NCBI GenBank assembly: GCA_031546735.1
Contig: JAVBJY010000111.1
Location: 1-10,328 of the forward strand
Reading direction: 5' to 3'
Length of the DNA stretch: 10,328 nucleotides
From: Eubacteriales bacterium
Lineage (GTDB): Bacteria > Bacillota > Clostridia > Lachnospirales > JAVBJY01
Positions 1 to 8,046 of this stretch are shown in pieces; position 1 is the first letter of the stretch, and every line of letters starts with the position of its first letter. Below the pieces are notes generated by a model, which saw only the letters and a list, made by a program, of their open reading frames with translations, had not been told where the DNA came from and did not search any database. Made by a program: the position numbers and the translations under genes.

Positions 1-237
1 AGTCTATGGGCAATTTCTGAAAAGCTGACAGGGATAAAATATGTATTTTAGCGGTCACATCAGTCATGATGATGAACAAACAGCAGATAATTTTAAATAA
101 AATAAACCCGTTCATTGGCTGAAGAAAAATCAGAAGATACAACTAAGGGTTGGGATAATATCGTAATCCCTGACTTTAAAAAAATATTCGAGTAGTTTGA
201 AAATAAGCAGATAGCTGTGTAAGACGCAAAATAAACT

Positions 238-274
238 TGGCATATGTTACCCAAACATATGCCATTAATTTTAT
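238..274 (+). terminator. Rho-independent terminator-like hairpin (TGGCATATGTT-ACCCA-AACATATGCCA) followed by TTAATTTTAT
   Basis: Perfect 11-bp inverted repeat with a 5-nt loop and a U-rich 3' tail on the plus strand. It lies in a 434-bp AT-rich region that contains no ORF of 60 aa or more. Confidence 0.5.
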
Positions 275-434
275 AAAAAAGTTGGTTCTTACTTGACACA
301 TTCGTATGTATTGGCGGTTGTGGTCGAATTGATGGAAAACAAATATTATGTATGTTATTATAAGAATAGCTTATTAAAGAAGAAATTTTATATAATCGGC
401 ATTGTAAGAAACGGATTATTAGTGAGGTGTAGAT

Positions 435-1241
435 ATGTTTAAGTTTTTGAAGGAAATTCTCATTGACCCAATTAAAGATGGTATTGCTGAGGCTAAGCAG
501 GAGCTTGCAGATGAGGAAATCAAAGCTCAGGAAACAACGGAAGAAAAATCGCTCGCGACCCAAAAGCAACAAATAGAAACTATACCTTATGAAGAAAAGT
601 TTTACTTGGCTATAGCGGCTCCTTTTCGTGTCACAGTTTTTCAGGATTGGTTTAGTGTATTTAAAAATAATACCGATTATGATGACCATTATCCTTTGCA
701 CCTGTACACCTTTGGCGATGCACGGGTAATTACTCAACAAAACAAAAATGACCTTAGTGATGTTTTAAAGCGGGATTTCAATATCACCGACAGGGATAGT
801 GCACTTAAAACTGTGGCAGCGTTTCTGAAACCATTCTCCATTTGTAACAAGCTCACGGAGTACCAATCAAATGACTTTGAAGATATGAAAAAATCACTTG
901 AATTACTATCAAGGTATGATATGCAAAGTACGCAAGCGGTAACTTGCTGTATTGCTGCTCATATTTTAACAGCGAGCACTGATGTTGGATATTTAGACAA
1001 GAGTTTTTCCAAGGATGTGCTTGCGGATGTGATGGAATTAATAAAAGCTAACTTTTCAAGCTGGCAAAGTTTTAGCGATTGCTTTTTGCAAGGTGAGACG
1101 CTTTTAAAGCTAAACAAGGGACTGGGGAAAAAACTTTTAATCAAATATGTTAACTACCTTCGAGAGAAAAAAGGCAGCCCGTGGAATATTGTTCCATGGG
1201 AGTATAAATATGAGTTTGTCTCATTACAGATGCGTGATTGA
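435..1241 (+). CDS. Hypothetical cytoplasmic protein; C-terminal half resembles DUF1266 (motifs FSSWQSF..FLQG and GSPWN..W)
   Basis: 268-aa ORF with ATG at 435 preceded by GAGGTG (423-428, 6-nt spacer). The N-terminus is acidic and helical with no hydrophobic segments. The C-terminal stretch ...IKANFSSWQSFSDCFLQGETL...KKGSPWNIVPWEY matches my recollection of the DUF1266 consensus (fsSWeeFg..yllGr..W ... sPWn). The overlapping minus-strand ORF 93-740 is low-complexity and judged spurious. Confidence 0.7.
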   Translation: MFKFLKEILIDPIKDGIAEAKQELADEEIKAQETTEEKSLATQKQQIETIPYEEKFYLAIAAPFRVTVFQDWFSVFKNNTDYDDHYPLHLYTFGDARVITQQNKNDLSDVLKRDFNITDRDSALKTVAAFLKPFSICNKLTEYQSNDFEDMKKSLELLSRYDMQSTQAVTCCIAAHILTASTDVGYLDKSFSKDVLADVMELIKANFSSWQSFSDCFLQGETLLKLNKGLGKKLLIKYVNYLREKKGSPWNIVPWEYKYEFVSLQMRD

Positions 1242-1277
1242 CTTGTTTATTACAAATGTGTTCTGGATAAAAAATCA

Positions 1278-1306
1278 TTGACAATTATTGGTTTTTTTCA
1301 TACACT
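1278..1306 (+). promoter_or_regulatory. Sigma-A-type promoter for the 2TM gene: TTGACA (1278-1283) - 17 nt - TACACT (1301-1306)
   Basis: Perfect -35 hexamer, 17-nt spacer and good -10 hexamer, ~130 nt upstream of the GTG start. There is also a long leader. Confidence 0.5.
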
Positions 1307-1435
1307 AATTTAGATGTAATTTGTAATAATAGGGAGTGTTTAAAATCACCTTTACGGGAGCCAAAATTTATTGGTTTTAATGATTTATCTTTGCATTTTT
1401 AACAATCCCTAATAAAATTTTTGAGGAGGACAGCA

Positions 1436-1861
1436 GTGGATAAAAGTGAATTTGGAAAACTTGAGGCAGAAATAAAACCTAACATCAAGCAATATTTGAT
1501 TGAAGGGTTGATGGGAATTTTTGCGCTTGCAGTAACTGTTTTATTTCATGACTATTTGTCAAATTTTTCTTGGAAGGGACTCCCTATCGTTGGGGTTATT
1601 TCAGTTGTTGGCATTTTAATGGTATTGGTAGCATTTTATAAATTTTTTAAGCACAGAAGTTCAGAGGATAAAATTGAACTATATGAATCAGGAATCAAAT
1701 TTAATGATTTTATTGCCGAATATAAAGATTTTAAAATATCCTATAATAGAGGTTTTATAGGTAGATATTTGGTTCTTCATAACAATATAGAGCAATCGGT
1801 ATTTAAATATCCTATTTCATCCAATGATTTGAAATTAATTACTGCAAAATTAAGTAAATAG
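1436..1861 (+). CDS. Small membrane protein: two N-terminal TM helices plus a ~75-aa C-terminal soluble domain (bacterial PH-like/YdbS-type topology suspected)
   Basis: The ORF track starts at TTG 1421. GAGGAGGA at 1423-1430 followed 5 nt later by GTG at 1436 is a better start, and no in-frame ATG occurs until about 1508. Hydrophobic stretches GLMGIFALAVTVLF and LPIVGVISVVGILMVLVAFY indicate two TM helices, followed by KHRSSED and a beta-rich tail. A TTGACA-17-TACACT promoter lies upstream at 1278-1306. Confidence 0.6.
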   Translation: MDKSEFGKLEAEIKPNIKQYLIEGLMGIFALAVTVLFHDYLSNFSWKGLPIVGVISVVGILMVLVAFYKFFKHRSSEDKIELYESGIKFNDFIAEYKDFKISYNRGFIGRYLVLHNNIEQSVFKYPISSNDLKLITAKLSK

Positions 1862-2088
1862 TAACTGTTTTTTGATATTATATCTCACTAAAACAATGAT
1901 TACATATACGATTGCGTATGCGCCCGTTTTCAATTTCAAATACAAAAAGTTCATTTTTAGTAGTGACCTTTTACAAAGTGCTCGAAGTGGGTTAAACAAC
2001 ACTGATACATTATTTGTTCTATTGTTTTCCACGGTTGCATCTCCTTTTTTTGTTTTACTGCTTTTTCATATATTGGGCAATTTTTTTT

Positions 2089-2132
2089 GCACTAAAAAAC
2101 AGGCATCATTTTGATACCTGTTTTTTTAGTGC
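2089..2132. terminator. Bidirectional intrinsic terminator between convergent genes (2TM gene on +, esterase on -)
   Basis: GCACTAAAAAACAGGCATCA-TTT-TGATACCTGTTTTTTTAGTGC forms ~20-bp arms with one mismatch. An A-tract precedes the stem and a T-tract follows it, so it works as hairpin plus U-tract in both orientations. It lies between stop codons at 1861 (+) and 2267 (-). Confidence 0.7.
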
Positions 2133-2266
2133 TTGTTTCTTTATACCCAAACTTAGAAAAGTATCCCCAAAGAATGGAATTTCTTCCCTTGGGGATTTTT
2201 TATTTGGTAGGAACTTACGGTTAAACGTCCGCAAGGCAAACTTTTTCACATATGTTTCTACATATT

Positions 2267-5200
2267 TTAACCAAGCGTTGATGTTACAGGTTTAGCCAAT
2301 GGTATCATATCCTGTTCAGAAGTCCATAAAAATAACTTTATCGTATACGGATTGGATATTTCTTCAGCTATGTTTAGATTTGTAAACGCCCCTGCATTAT
2401 CGCCTTTGTTGAACACTTTACTTTCGTCGAATTGCACATACACCTGTTTTCCGGTGGTATCATATATCGACATCATGACCCTGCCTCTTGCGGCATCGCC
2501 GCTGTTGCTCACCTTGTATTGCACATCCGTTACTGTGCGTTTGTCGCCAGTAGTGTTGTATTGTACGTTGGTTAAGGCAAGTTCCATTAATACACCATCG
2601 ACACCAGGAATGGCAGGCGCTTTTAACGTATTAAAAATCTGACCCAATCCATACATGTTTTTGGAAACAATATTAGTTGCAACCAGATAAGCATTATATT
2701 CTGCACCTAACGCACTGGTGTGGGTGTTATCGATTGCGGTAGTGGTTTGTGCGAGAAGTGGCACTACTTTCTCAGCGCCCAATTTGACGTATAATGCCTT
2801 CGTTTGCTCAGTCAAATCAACCACCGGCAGATTGGGAATAAATTCTTTAGCCAAATCTCTGATTGCCTGTGGATAATCGCCGCCCGAATACGTTACGCCA
2901 TTCGCCGTCTGGTTTACCGTTATATGTACAGACGTGTTGTTTGTATAGTTATTGCTGGTATTGCGTCTTACAATTGGTGTAAAGAGAATCACATCTGCCC
3001 CTTTACTTCTCGCAATGTCAATATAAAGATTCTTCAAGTTCGCTTTGAATGAGGATGACTGCCCTGCATAACTAGAAGGAAGATTTGGGTCGGAATAATG
3101 TGTGGCATACGTTGAACCACTAAACTCATCATTATGACCAAAGCCCAATATCAACACATCGCCTACGCCCACGTTTGCTGCAAAATCAGCATACCAGTCT
3201 GCGTTTTGAGTAGGATAACTCTTGGAGCTTCTGCCGGAGGCTGCAATGTTTTTCACTATATAATTGCTGCCGTTCTTCACAAGTCCACTCAGTTTTTCGC
3301 CCCATCCCAGTCTAGGAACCAGATAATCGGCGTTTGTCACATCACCGAGATGTGCACTTGCGGTAGAATCACCGATCACCCAAATCGTCTTTTGCCTGTC
3401 AACCGGCTTACGTACCAATGACTCTATTGCAGTAGAAATTCTTGCCGTCATTGCATCCACCAATTGCTGTTGAGACTTCTTGAGCCCTCTTACTTGATTC
3501 ACATCAGCAAGGGCTTGGGTTACGTTGTCGAGGTTTTCATAAAGTGCCCCATTCAGTTGGTTTGCCGCAGTTATTGCACGGTCAAGCTCGGTATAATCAG
3601 CGGATTCTTCCTCCGTACTGCCGCCATTTGCGATTGTCTTCAAGTTTGCGTTAAGCACTGCTGTAACGGTTGGTTGTACCTCGCTTGAATAATTTCCCGC
3701 TGAACTTCCTTGCGTGTAAGCTGTCACAGTGCCGTTTGCGCTAACTGTAAGTGCCGTGTCACCTGAATTGGATTTACTGGTTATACTAGACGGAAGCTTT
3801 ACCACCTTTGAGATGTCGAAACCCAATTTTTGTATCTCCATAATCATGAATTCAGCCATAACAAACCCACCTGCTTTGCTATGGTGTGTGCTGTCGCCAA
3901 CGTTGAAATATTGTCTGGATAGAGGCGATGCAGTGGCTGAATCTGTGCCAGAAGCAGCAGGGTCACTTTTGTAGGTGTCTATGTAGAACTTCTTGCTAAG
4001 TTCGAATAAGTCGATAACATTAACGCCTAATTCTTCACCGACCTGTCTACACGCAATGACATACCCATCTTTGTTTATTTCATCACCAGCCGCAATGTCT
4101 TCTTTATGATGCGGTTTTATTGTGATGGGGTTGCCTGCTTGCCAATAAAGTCTTGAAACAGGGGTGACAATAATGGGGATCGCGCCTGCTTGTTTTGCCA
4201 TTTTTACATACTCCCCAAGATACCACTTATACGTACCGCTTTGGTTTATATTGGTATAAATGCCTGATGGCGCAGGCCATGTCGTTCCGTCTTTAACGGC
4301 AGCAATCGTTGGATAAACCCCACTTGCATTTGGCACGCCTAAAAATGTGCCTTTGGCCGGGTCTACGGTAGATGTATCGTTATGTCCAAACTGGATAAAA
4401 AGGTAATCGCCTTTTTTGATACCAGCAGCGATAGCCGCATAATTTGTAGCGTTTGTATCGTTCATAAAACTGCGGACACCACGTCCGCCATTTGCGTAGT
4501 TAATCACCTTAACTTGATCTTGCGCATAGAAGTACTGTAAAAATTCGCCCCATGAGCCTTCATTTTGATCTCTATTACTAGAGAAAACGCCGCTTGCTTT
4601 ATAGTCTTTCACGGTGGAGTCGCCTGCTAACCAAACATTAATACCTTCACCCGGAGGGATTACCTCCCCAGGTTTTGATGGATCTTCATAACCCGCCACT
4701 ACGGCACCAACAACGGTATACGCCTCAGCCGCTTCGGTTTTTGTAGCGGTTTTTGGCGTGACGACCACCTTGATATTGTATCCAACGTCGCCTGCTTGCA
4801 CTTGGTATGTTTTGGATAGATTCGCTAGGCTTGTTTTTATTAAAGTTTCGTTTCCGTCTTTTACTCTATACCAGTTTATTAATGACAAATCATTCGCATC
4901 GTTTTGCCCTAACGAATAACGAACCGTAAGGGTATGCCCTTGTTTGGGAATATTGATATCGCCGTTGTCTGTAATAAGTGGTTTTTGTGTAAACGCTAAT
5001 GTTTCTGCCTCTGCTTGATAATAAGACGGTATCCAGCTATTAAAATAATCTGAAAATTTCGGGTTTGGATCTTGCGCCAGTGCTACAACTGCACGTCCCG
5101 CTGTGCTGACTGCTGTACCATCCATCAGCGTTGTGCCAAATTCTTTAAAGGTTACCCCTGGGGCTGTAGGTGCAGTGCCACTCATCGAAACCCAGCCTAC

Positions 5201-7675
5201 TGCTGCGACTGTGTTCGATGCATCTAGCTTTGTGTTATAGAAGAAAACTTCCAAAGGCGCGCCCCATGGTCTGCCCAAATTGCTTTCTGCCACTTTCATT
5301 GTGCTATCGGGATTTTTGATCACTGTACAATTATAGAAGAAATATTTACCGTTGTTTGCCGCTGTAAGGGTACTGCCTGTCGCAGTATCTGAACGACCGT
5401 ATGCACTCAGTGTACACTGATCAAACACAGAATTTGAACCACCGCAGATAAAGTCTGTGGCACCTTCTATATAGCAGTTTTTGTAGTAAACCTTTGTGCT
5501 GTTGCCGACAGCATTGCTTCCAGTTCCAAGTGTATCTTGGGAGCTAAGGAACGAACACTTATAAAACTCTGACATATCAGATTGTATATACATAGCCGCC
5601 GCACGTTCAATCGCCGCCGTACATCTTACATCTGCGCCATACGTACGCACAAACCGTATGGCTTCGCTCATGCTCAACTCAACGCCATCCGCAATTTCCT
5701 CATCGGTAATATAACGGTTAAAGGAAGACTCAAAGACGATATTTTTTGCCTTAAAATAAGTAGCGGTCGGTTTTACAAAAACAGTTGGACCCCAGTTACT
5801 CACAATGCCCTTGTCATACTTGTCGAAAGCGGCTTCTGCATCGTAAAATCCATTTTTGGCACTATAGTAAACATATCCTATACCGTAATAACCACTAAGA
5901 ACCGCATCGCCTTTCTCTGGTTCATCATTGATAAGGGTGACATACGGTGTCTCTATGGTTAATTGCCCGCGGTATACGCCGGGTGCTATATGGAGGGTGA
6001 TGCGTTGATCCTCGCTTGTCGGATTCATTCTTCTGACGGCATTTAACGCTTCTTGCACCGTGTGGAAGTTATCTGCCGCTTTATCAGGGTATCCGACATA
6101 AAGATTAGCCTTTTTCTCCAATGGCGTAGGCGCTGTAGTCCCTGTGAAAAGCAAATCTTTTGTTACGGTCTTGCCGCTTACGACGACATGCCCTACCGTA
6201 CGATGACCAGATATAGTGGCAACCGCCTCATACGAACCATCACGCAAATTCACTTCATAACCGTTGCCGCCAGTAAGTGTTGTCGGATAGGTATAACCAT
6301 CTGCAACATTTTTAAAACTGAGTGCTGTTACGGAATCAGAAGGTAAATTGGAAACCGTATCATCTGTCAATAAAAGATACTTGCCTATATTGCCGTCTTT
6401 CAGCAATTTAAAACTGCCACTTGCACGATACGTCGGCTTTTTCTCTAAAATAATATTTTGAGACGTCGGCATATTTGCCGATACTGTTCCGCCAGCTTTA
6501 ACCAAGTAGTCATTAACACCCGTAAGTTCAGCCGTGTATTTAACGTCAGGCTCTAATGTCGCCGTGAAGGTCAAGGCATTTTTGTCAATGGTGAGGGGAA
6601 CATCATCAAAAGGTGAATCTTCTGGTGTTTTCATTGTAATGGAAATATCGGTTTTTTTGTCATAATCAGCAGCAAACCCTTGAATGCTGCCAGAAAAGAC
6701 GTATGTCGATTTTTCTTCCACAACCAGAGGATCAACAGACATTCCGTTTAGTATCGTATCTTTTTCCGCATTTGTCGTAACGATTTTTGTATTGTTAGTA
6801 AAACCGAACCCGACCGCATGTGATAGTTTTGCAGTAAAGGTGCAGTCTGCTGGAAGTGCCGCCGTAAAGCTGGTTCCATCAAGAGTCGCCTTATACTCAT
6901 AATGCGTACTGTTTTCAACAAACGAAAGTTCATATCCTTGCGGAAGTGCCAAACCCGCAAGATCCATGCTGCCCGTTACCGTAACAGGCGGTGTCTTGGT
7001 TACCCGCGCAATAATAGGTCTAAGCGCCGTACCGCCGGGACCGTAATTAATAAGGTAGCTACCGCTTTCCGGTATTATAAATTTAAGCATTGCGGCACTT
7101 CTGGCAGCAGAAAGGATACCTAACTCTCTTTTTGCAATTTCTTTGCCGTCTTTTGTTAAAACAACATAGTCCGTCGCTGATCCACCCGCAAGCGTACCAC
7201 CATAAAGTGTAATAACGGAGCCTGCATCCGCATCAAGCTTGACAGCCCCTCTGGCTGCGGAATAAGCAGAGGAATTAACGTTATAATAGGCCGTTGTCGA
7301 ATACTTGTCGGGATAGGATAGCGCTGCATGGGTAGCAGCAGCAACCCCCTGCCTTGCCCCAGACGCATCCAAAAAACTCAAACGGTCACCTCCGTTAAAG
7401 TAGAATGACAATCCACCCATGTCAAGGGGGGATGTAGCAGTCATCTTGGCTACGGTCATCGTGTTGTTACTACCGTCATGCCCCTTCGTAGTCCAATAGC
7501 CTAGCGGAATTTTGTTGTTGTAAAGCGCTGTGTCACTCTCTTGGTTACAGCCAAAATCCCAAACATCAATCTTAGCCCCTTCAGCACGAGTCGTAGCTGG
7601 TGTAACACTGATTACACCGAGCACCATGCTGGCCGATAAAGCGGTGCTGATAATTTTTTTTAACGTTTTATACAT
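2267..7675 (-). CDS. Secreted multi-domain pectin de-esterifying enzyme: CE8 pectin methylesterase domain plus two SGNH/GDSL (CE12-like, rhamnogalacturonan/pectin acetylesterase-type) domains, with Ig-like beta domains
   Basis: 1802-aa ORF with RBS GAGAGGAG upstream of ATG 7675. The N-terminus has a signal peptide (MYKTLKKIISTALSASMVLGVISVTPATTRA|EG). The CE8 hallmarks are FHTVQEALNAV, GVYRGQ, SSQDTLG (nt 5528-5539), DFICGG (nt ~5438-5455) and LGRPW (nt ~5264-5278). SGNH domain 1 has LAGDSTV (nt 4613-4624), NGGRGVRSF, FGHND and DSTHHS. SGNH domain 2 has VIGDSTA (nt 3362-3373), ASGRSSKSY, GFGHND and DNTHTS. The length, continuous frame and domain logic make this a real gene. Confidence 0.92.
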   Translation of the reverse strand: MYKTLKKIISTALSASMVLGVISVTPATTRAEGAKIDVWDFGCNQESDTALYNNKIPLGYWTTKGHDGSNNTMTVAKMTATSPLDMGGLSFYFNGGDRLSFLDASGARQGVAAATHAALSYPDKYSTTAYYNVNSSAYSAARGAVKLDADAGSVITLYGGTLAGGSATDYVVLTKDGKEIAKRELGILSAARSAAMLKFIIPESGSYLINYGPGGTALRPIIARVTKTPPVTVTGSMDLAGLALPQGYELSFVENSTHYEYKATLDGTSFTAALPADCTFTAKLSHAVGFGFTNNTKIVTTNAEKDTILNGMSVDPLVVEEKSTYVFSGSIQGFAADYDKKTDISITMKTPEDSPFDDVPLTIDKNALTFTATLEPDVKYTAELTGVNDYLVKAGGTVSANMPTSQNIILEKKPTYRASGSFKLLKDGNIGKYLLLTDDTVSNLPSDSVTALSFKNVADGYTYPTTLTGGNGYEVNLRDGSYEAVATISGHRTVGHVVVSGKTVTKDLLFTGTTAPTPLEKKANLYVGYPDKAADNFHTVQEALNAVRRMNPTSEDQRITLHIAPGVYRGQLTIETPYVTLINDEPEKGDAVLSGYYGIGYVYYSAKNGFYDAEAAFDKYDKGIVSNWGPTVFVKPTATYFKAKNIVFESSFNRYITDEEIADGVELSMSEAIRFVRTYGADVRCTAAIERAAAMYIQSDMSEFYKCSFLSSQDTLGTGSNAVGNSTKVYYKNCYIEGATDFICGGSNSVFDQCTLSAYGRSDTATGSTLTAANNGKYFFYNCTVIKNPDSTMKVAESNLGRPWGAPLEVFFYNTKLDASNTVAAVGWVSMSGTAPTAPGVTFKEFGTTLMDGTAVSTAGRAVVALAQDPNPKFSDYFNSWIPSYYQAEAETLAFTQKPLITDNGDINIPKQGHTLTVRYSLGQNDANDLSLINWYRVKDGNETLIKTSLANLSKTYQVQAGDVGYNIKVVVTPKTATKTEAAEAYTVVGAVVAGYEDPSKPGEVIPPGEGINVWLAGDSTVKDYKASGVFSSNRDQNEGSWGEFLQYFYAQDQVKVINYANGGRGVRSFMNDTNATNYAAIAAGIKKGDYLFIQFGHNDTSTVDPAKGTFLGVPNASGVYPTIAAVKDGTTWPAPSGIYTNINQSGTYKWYLGEYVKMAKQAGAIPIIVTPVSRLYWQAGNPITIKPHHKEDIAAGDEINKDGYVIACRQVGEELGVNVIDLFELSKKFYIDTYKSDPAASGTDSATASPLSRQYFNVGDSTHHSKAGGFVMAEFMIMEIQKLGFDISKVVKLPSSITSKSNSGDTALTVSANGTVTAYTQGSSAGNYSSEVQPTVTAVLNANLKTIANGGSTEEESADYTELDRAITAANQLNGALYENLDNVTQALADVNQVRGLKKSQQQLVDAMTARISTAIESLVRKPVDRQKTIWVIGDSTASAHLGDVTNADYLVPRLGWGEKLSGLVKNGSNYIVKNIAASGRSSKSYPTQNADWYADFAANVGVGDVLILGFGHNDEFSGSTYATHYSDPNLPSSYAGQSSSFKANLKNLYIDIARSKGADVILFTPIVRRNTSNNYTNNTSVHITVNQTANGVTYSGGDYPQAIRDLAKEFIPNLPVVDLTEQTKALYVKLGAEKVVPLLAQTTTAIDNTHTSALGAEYNAYLVATNIVSKNMYGLGQIFNTLKAPAIPGVDGVLMELALTNVQYNTTGDKRTVTDVQYKVSNSGDAARGRVMMSIYDTTGKQVYVQFDESKVFNKGDNAGAFTNLNIAEEISNPYTIKLFLWTSEQDMIPLAKPVTSTLG
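2270..2623 (-). other. C-terminal ~115-aa beta-rich domain of the esterase (Ig-like or carbohydrate-binding?); no LPXTG motif or dockerin recognised
   Basis: Sequence VLMELALTNVQYNTTGDKRTVTDVQYKVSNSG...YTIKLFLWTSEQDMIPLAKPVTSTLG has no hydrophobic anchor and no sortase motif. Confidence 0.35.
2660..3394 (-). other. SGNH/GDSL hydrolase domain 2 (CE12-like acetylesterase), aa ~1428-1672
   Basis: Block I IGDSTA, block II ASGRSSKSY, block III GFGHND and block V DNTHTS. This domain is paralogous to domain 1, with an insertion carrying the NxT/S-rich segment NTSNNYTNNTS. Confidence 0.8.
3812..4648 (-). other. SGNH/GDSL hydrolase domain 1 (CE12-like acetylesterase), aa ~1010-1288
   Basis: Block I GDSTV, block II NGGRGVRSF, block III FGHND and block V DSTHHS, in canonical order and spacing. 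Confidence 0.8.
5051..6118 (-). other. CE8 pectin methylesterase (pectinesterase) catalytic domain, aa ~520-875
   Basis: Ordered motifs of family CE8: GxYxE-like GVYRGQ, QDTL with the catalytic Gln/Asp region, DFICGG (catalytic Asp in the DFIFG motif) and LGRPW. Confidence 0.85.
6131..7582 (-). other. N-terminal ~485-aa region of the esterase with no recognisable catalytic motifs; aa ~35-235 are an unknown Gly/Ala/Ser-rich domain, aa ~235-515 are repeated Ig-like beta-sandwich modules
   Basis: Repeated strand-like patterns occur (YELSFVEN..YEYKATLDG..FTAALPAD.TFTAKLS and PLTIDKNALTFTATLEPDVKYTAELTG). No CE8, SGNH or pectate-lyase signature motifs are present. Confidence 0.4.
7583..7675 (-). 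other. Signal peptide (Sec/SPI type) of the esterase, predicted cleavage after TRA (aa 31)
   Basis: Positively charged n-region (KTLKK), hydrophobic h-region and an A-x-A-like TRA motif in the N-terminal sequence. Confidence 0.6.
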
Positions 7676-7815
7676 TATTTCTTTACTCCTCTCTTTTTCA
7701 GGTCATTCTTAAATCGGGTATATTTGTCGAAAAATATATCGTTACTTTTTTCTGACCACCTTATTTTCGCAACATCTCCTTTTCTATATTTTTTTTGCTT
7801 TATGTTACTATTGTG

Positions 7816-7845
7816 AGTATAACATGAAATTGCTTTGTTAGTCGA
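7816..7845 (-). promoter_or_regulatory. Candidate promoter of the esterase gene: extended -10 TGTTATACT (minus strand, 7816-7824) with weak -35 TCGACT (7840-7845), giving a ~140-nt leader
   Basis: An extended -10 (TGnTATACT) compensates for the weak -35. It is positioned between the 53-bp palindrome and the esterase RBS GAGAGGAG. Confidence 0.35.
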
Positions 7846-7856
7846 GGGGCAAGTAC

Positions 7857-7909
7857 ATGATGATAGCGGTGACGAGTAAAAATATTTTACTCATCACCGC
7901 TATCATCAT
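7857..7909. repeat. 53-bp near-perfect palindrome (25-bp arms, one mismatch) in the SPFH-esterase intergenic region
   Basis: ATGATGATAGCGGTGACGAGTAAAA-ATA-TTTTACTCATCACCGCTATCATCAT. The arms are complementary except C7873 versus T. It sits just upstream of the candidate esterase -35 and 135 nt downstream of the SPFH stop codon. Confidence 0.85.
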
Positions 7910-8046
7910 CACGTTCATTTCATAAACTTTTCAATAAATTCTTTAACAAGTTATGATTCAAAAGACACTTGAGCAAGTAGCTCTTAATCCAGTTTTTTGA
8001 GGGTTATTGTTCAAGTATACTGCTTAATGGATGAATCTTTTACCAT

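Noticed and set aside
93-740. 215-aa minus-strand ORF
   Set aside because: Low-complexity, Ile/Phe/Leu-rich translation of AT-rich DNA. It overlaps the well-supported plus-strand gene at 435-1241, has no RBS, and its upstream half lies in the intergenic terminator region. Judged spurious.
1850-2295. Small ORFs 1850-2032 (-), 1872-2114 (+), 2014-2295 (+)
   Set aside because: They lie in the convergent intergenic or terminator region and run through the bidirectional terminator palindrome. They are Phe/Leu-rich translations of T-tracts.
2267-2623. Cell-surface anchoring signal (LPXTG sortase motif, dockerin, S-layer homology) at the esterase C-terminus
   Set aside because: I searched the C-terminal 120 aa and the N-terminal region. 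I found no LPXTG-like motif with a hydrophobic tail, no paired Ca-binding dockerin repeats, and no SLH-like repeats. The protein is probably freely secreted or bound through Ig/CBM-like modules.
2352-7123. Multiple plus-strand ORFs of 70-126 aa inside the esterase gene (e.g. 2352-2642, 2804-3052, 3134-3421, 5582-5962, 6053-6346)
   Set aside because: All are antisense to a 5.4-kb gene with unambiguous catalytic motifs. Their composition is typical of antisense frames, and none has a convincing RBS.
7676-7815. 4-codon uORF (AUG UUG CGA AAA UAA) with AAAAGGAG RBS in the esterase leader
   Set aside because: Too short to evaluate. Likely fortuitous, though a long ~140-nt leader could be regulatory. 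Noted only.
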